A stretch of 64,000 nucleotides of DNA. It comes from Myxococcales bacterium (lineage in GTDB: Bacteria; Myxococcota_A; Polyangia; Polyangiales; DASUME01). The notes beneath the pieces were generated by a model that ran no database searches, was not told where the DNA came from, and saw only the letters and a list, made by a program, of their open reading frames with translations. Both the position numbers and the translations under genes were made by a program. Shown here one piece after another: positions 61,457 through 64,000 of this stretch. The stretch spans positions 9,344,001-9,408,000 of the forward strand of contig JASGJH010000001.1 in assembly GCA_047601445.1 (NCBI GenBank), in the 5' to 3' direction. The first letter of the stretch is position 1. Every line of letters starts with the position of its first letter.

Positions 61457-62482
61457 TCAGGTCTGCTTGAGCGTCGGCGCGCCGCCGCTGAGCAGGTTGC
61501 GCATCATTTCGCTTCGCAAGAAGTCGTGCGGGAACCCCAGCTCGACGCGGCTCGCCGTATCGAGGCGCTCGACCTGGGCGGGCGCGAGGGAGAGCTCGAG
61601 CGCGCCGAGGTTCTCTACGAGCTGGGCAGGTGTACGTGCGCCGAGGATGGGCACGATGCCATGGTCGCCGCAGGTGCGCGTGCGTAGCCACGCCAGCGCG
61701 ACCTGCGCTGGCCGCGCCCCGAGCTCGGATGCGATCGTGGCCACCAGCTTCGCGAGCTCGAGCGAGCGGGCCGGAAGCCGTGCGGTGGAAAGGCGTGTCG
61801 GCTCGTCGCTGGGCTGTCCGGCCACGTACTTGCCGCTGAGTGCGCCGCCAGCCAGCGGCGCCCAGGCCAACACGCCAAGCCCGAGGGCTTCGGCCATGGG
61901 CAAAAGGTCGCGCTCCGGCGTGCGCTCGACCAGGCTGTACTCAATCTGAAGCCCGATGAACGATGACCAGCCTCGCAGTTCGGCGAGCATGTTCGCGCGC
62001 GATATTTCCCAGGCTGTAGTGTCGGAGACGGCGACGTAGAGTGCCTTGCCGCTCCGCACCAGGTCGTCGAGTCCGCGCAGGATCTCGTCCCAAGGCGTGA
62101 CCCCGTCGCGCGCATGGAGCCAGAAAATGTCGATGTGTTCGCTGCCGAGCCGACGCAGGCTCTCGTCGATCGAGCGCATCATGTTCTTCCGGCCGTTGCC
62201 CGCGCGCTGCGGGCCGCCGGTGCGGGCCGGTGTATATTTGGTGGAGATCACGAAGTCGTCCCGATTCGCCTTCACGAACGCGCCGACGATACGCTCGCTC
62301 TCGCCCTGCGCGTAGAGGTGGGCGGTGTCGATGAAGGTGCCCCCCGCGTCAGCGAAGTCCTTCAGGATCGCGTTGCTGTCGTCGATGCTCGAGCCGAAGC
62401 TGCGCGGGTCGCCGAACGTGATTGCGCCGAGACAGAGCTCGGACACGTACAGGCCGCTCTTGCCGAATTGATGTTGTTTCAT
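61457..62482 (-). CDS. Aldo/keto reductase
   Basis: LCLG, FIDTAHLY, STKY, WAPLAGG and PILGAR. Confidence 0.95.
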   Translation of the reverse strand: MKQHQFGKSGLYVSELCLGAITFGDPRSFGSSIDDSNAILKDFADAGGTFIDTAHLYAQGESERIVGAFVKANRDDFVISTKYTPARTGGPQRAGNGRKNMMRSIDESLRRLGSEHIDIFWLHARDGVTPWDEILRGLDDLVRSGKALYVAVSDTTAWEISRANMLAELRGWSSFIGLQIEYSLVERTPERDLLPMAEALGLGVLAWAPLAGGALSGKYVAGQPSDEPTRLSTARLPARSLELAKLVATIASELGARPAQVALAWLRTRTCGDHGIVPILGARTPAQLVENLGALELSLAPAQVERLDTASRVELGFPHDFLRSEMMRNLLSGGAPTLKQT

Positions 62483-62557
62483 CGGGGCAGATTGGCGCGC
62501 TAAGATTATTTGGTGAACACCCAAGGTAAACACACTGCTTTGAAGCATGGATTAACA

Positions 62558-63499
62558 ATGGACGGCGCGACCCTGGGTCGCCTGCGTATGTTCGTCGCCG
62601 TCGCTGAGCGCCGCAGCTTTAGCGCTGCAGCGCGCGCAATGGGAATATCTCCCTCGGCTGCGAGCCAAGCGGTCACGCGACTCGAAAGCGAGCTCGGCTG
62701 TGCGTTGCTCGTTCGGACCACGCGCAGCGTCGCGCTCACGGATGCGGGAACGCGGCTACTCGGTGAAGCAGCCCCTGCGCTGGCCAGCGCCGAACAGGCC
62801 CTGCTCGGCATGAAGACGCGCCGCAGCGAGCCGGCGGGTCTGCTTCGCCTCAACGTCCCGCGCATTGCCTGCCAGCTCGGACTTCCGCGGCTGCTCGCCG
62901 AGTATACGCGCCGTCATCCGGAGATGCGCGTCGAGGTCGTGGTCGACGACCGACGTGTAGATGTCGTGCGCGACGGCTTCGACGCGGGTGTGCGCTCGCG
63001 CACGTCGGTGCAGAAAGACATGGTGAGAGTGCCCATGACGGGTCCGGCGCGGCTCGTCGTGGTGGGCGCCAAGCGCTACTTCAGCAACAGAAAACGGCCC
63101 AAGCACCCGCGTGACCTGATCGACCACGTCTGTCTTGGGTGGCGCTCGCTCCAGGGCGGTGCCGAGTATCAGTGGGAGTTCTCCGAGCAGGGGCGCGCGC
63201 TCTCGGTGGCCGTGGATGGCCCCGTCGTCTCGAACGACACCGCGCTGCTGATCGCTTGTGCCACGGCTGGCCTCGGTCTCGCCTTCGTGGTCGAGGCCGA
63301 GGTGCGGCGCGAGTTGGCCTCAAAGCAGCTCGAGATCGTGCTGGGCGAGTTCGCCATCGAGGTTCCGGGGCTGTTCGTCTACTTTCCCAGGGCGGCGCGC
63401 CAAGTCCCCAAGCTGCGCGCGTGGCTGGACTGCGTACGCACGCTGTACACGGAGTGCAATGCTCGCCCAGCCGTACGAGGCGCGGCGGCGACACGCTGA
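62558..63499 (+). CDS. LysR-family transcriptional regulator
   Basis: SFSAAARAMG...RTTRSVALT; divergent from the aldo/keto reductase gene. Confidence 0.95.
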   Translation: MDGATLGRLRMFVAVAERRSFSAAARAMGISPSAASQAVTRLESELGCALLVRTTRSVALTDAGTRLLGEAAPALASAEQALLGMKTRRSEPAGLLRLNVPRIACQLGLPRLLAEYTRRHPEMRVEVVVDDRRVDVVRDGFDAGVRSRTSVQKDMVRVPMTGPARLVVVGAKRYFSNRKRPKHPRDLIDHVCLGWRSLQGGAEYQWEFSEQGRALSVAVDGPVVSNDTALLIACATAGLGLAFVVEAEVRRELASKQLEIVLGEFAIEVPGLFVYFPRAARQVPKLRAWLDCVRTLYTECNARPAVRGAAATR

Positions 63500-63541
63500 C
63501 CGCACGAGCGAGGTGCCCCCGAGCGCACTCGCTATTCGCGA

Positions 63542-64000
63542 CTACTCGCTGTGTCCGAGCGGAGCCAACTCGAGTTCGCCGAGCAGTGAGGGGTCGCGGA
63601 AGATGTCGATCTCGGTGATCTTCCTGGCCTCGATCGTGAAGGCCATGACCGAGAACAACCTTCCTTCGAGCGTACAGATCAGACCCGGTGCACCATTGAC
63701 GAGCGCCGGCTGCCTGTGTAGCCCGATGCGCGAGAAGGCCTGCGCCCGACGCGCGACCTCCTCTGCACCGCGACACTCGACACCCGAGCCAGCCGTCCCA
63801 CTGCCGTCCGTTCGGAGGGTAACCTCCGGGTCGAGGACCGCAACGAGTCCGTGGAGGTCGCGATGCTGTGCAGCCGAGACAAAGGCATCGACGATGCTTC
63901 GTTGAATCTGGGGGTCGGCATCGCGCGTGTCGCTCCGCGTCTGAAGTCGACGGCGCGCGCGGCTGGCAAGCTGGCGAGCCGCATCAGGGGTACGCTCGAC
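63542..64000 (-). CDS. ECF sigma factor (SigJ/ECF41-like), C-terminal part; start outside the window
   Basis: Manual translation: AARQLASRARRR (region 4), then a SnoaL-like extension VDAFVSAA...LDPEVTLRTDGSG...VNGAPG...DP. Confidence 0.85.
   Translation of the reverse strand, partial: VERTPDAARQLASRARRRLQTRSDTRDADPQIQRSIVDAFVSAAQHRDLHGLVAVLDPEVTLRTDGSGTAGSGVECRGAEEVARRAQAFSRIGLHRQPALVNGAPGLICTLEGRLFSVMAFTIEARKITEIDIFRDPSLLGELELAPLGHSE

Overview
A high-GC bacterial window whose gene content (many Cys-rich lipoproteins, an FHA-sigma54 activator, FG-GAP and LVIVD proteins, hybrid kinases) suggests a myxobacterium; this assignment is inferred. It holds about 55 CDSs and no recognisable rRNA, tRNA or CRISPR array. 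The main finding is a complete 1,395-bp IS5-family element (33946-35340) with 16-bp terminal inverted repeats and a TA duplication in a CTAG site. Downstream of its frameshifted transposase it carries a four-helix-bundle (23S-IVS/bAvd-like) gene enclosed by a 45-bp, 44/45-identical inverted repeat built from CGTnnn hexamers. A related solo arm lies at about 28.1 kb. Other points of interest: (1) a twice-repeated cassette of two paralogous Cys-motif lipoproteins divergent from a LytS/LytTR pair, where the second kinase is internally duplicated with a His-less pseudo H-box; (2) a sigma54 locus with an FHA enhancer-binding protein, an HExxH/TPR lipoprotein, secreted proteins and a near-consensus -24/-12 promoter; (3) a Mo-bisPGD oxidoreductase with an unexplained C-terminal extension; (4) stand-alone terpene synthase, HDO-type diiron and cupin enzymes; (5) a GH20-MFS-sulfatase unit. 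Four genes are broken by single extra bases in short homopolymers, which looks like sequencing error. All family calls come from motif recognition by eye; no database search was run.
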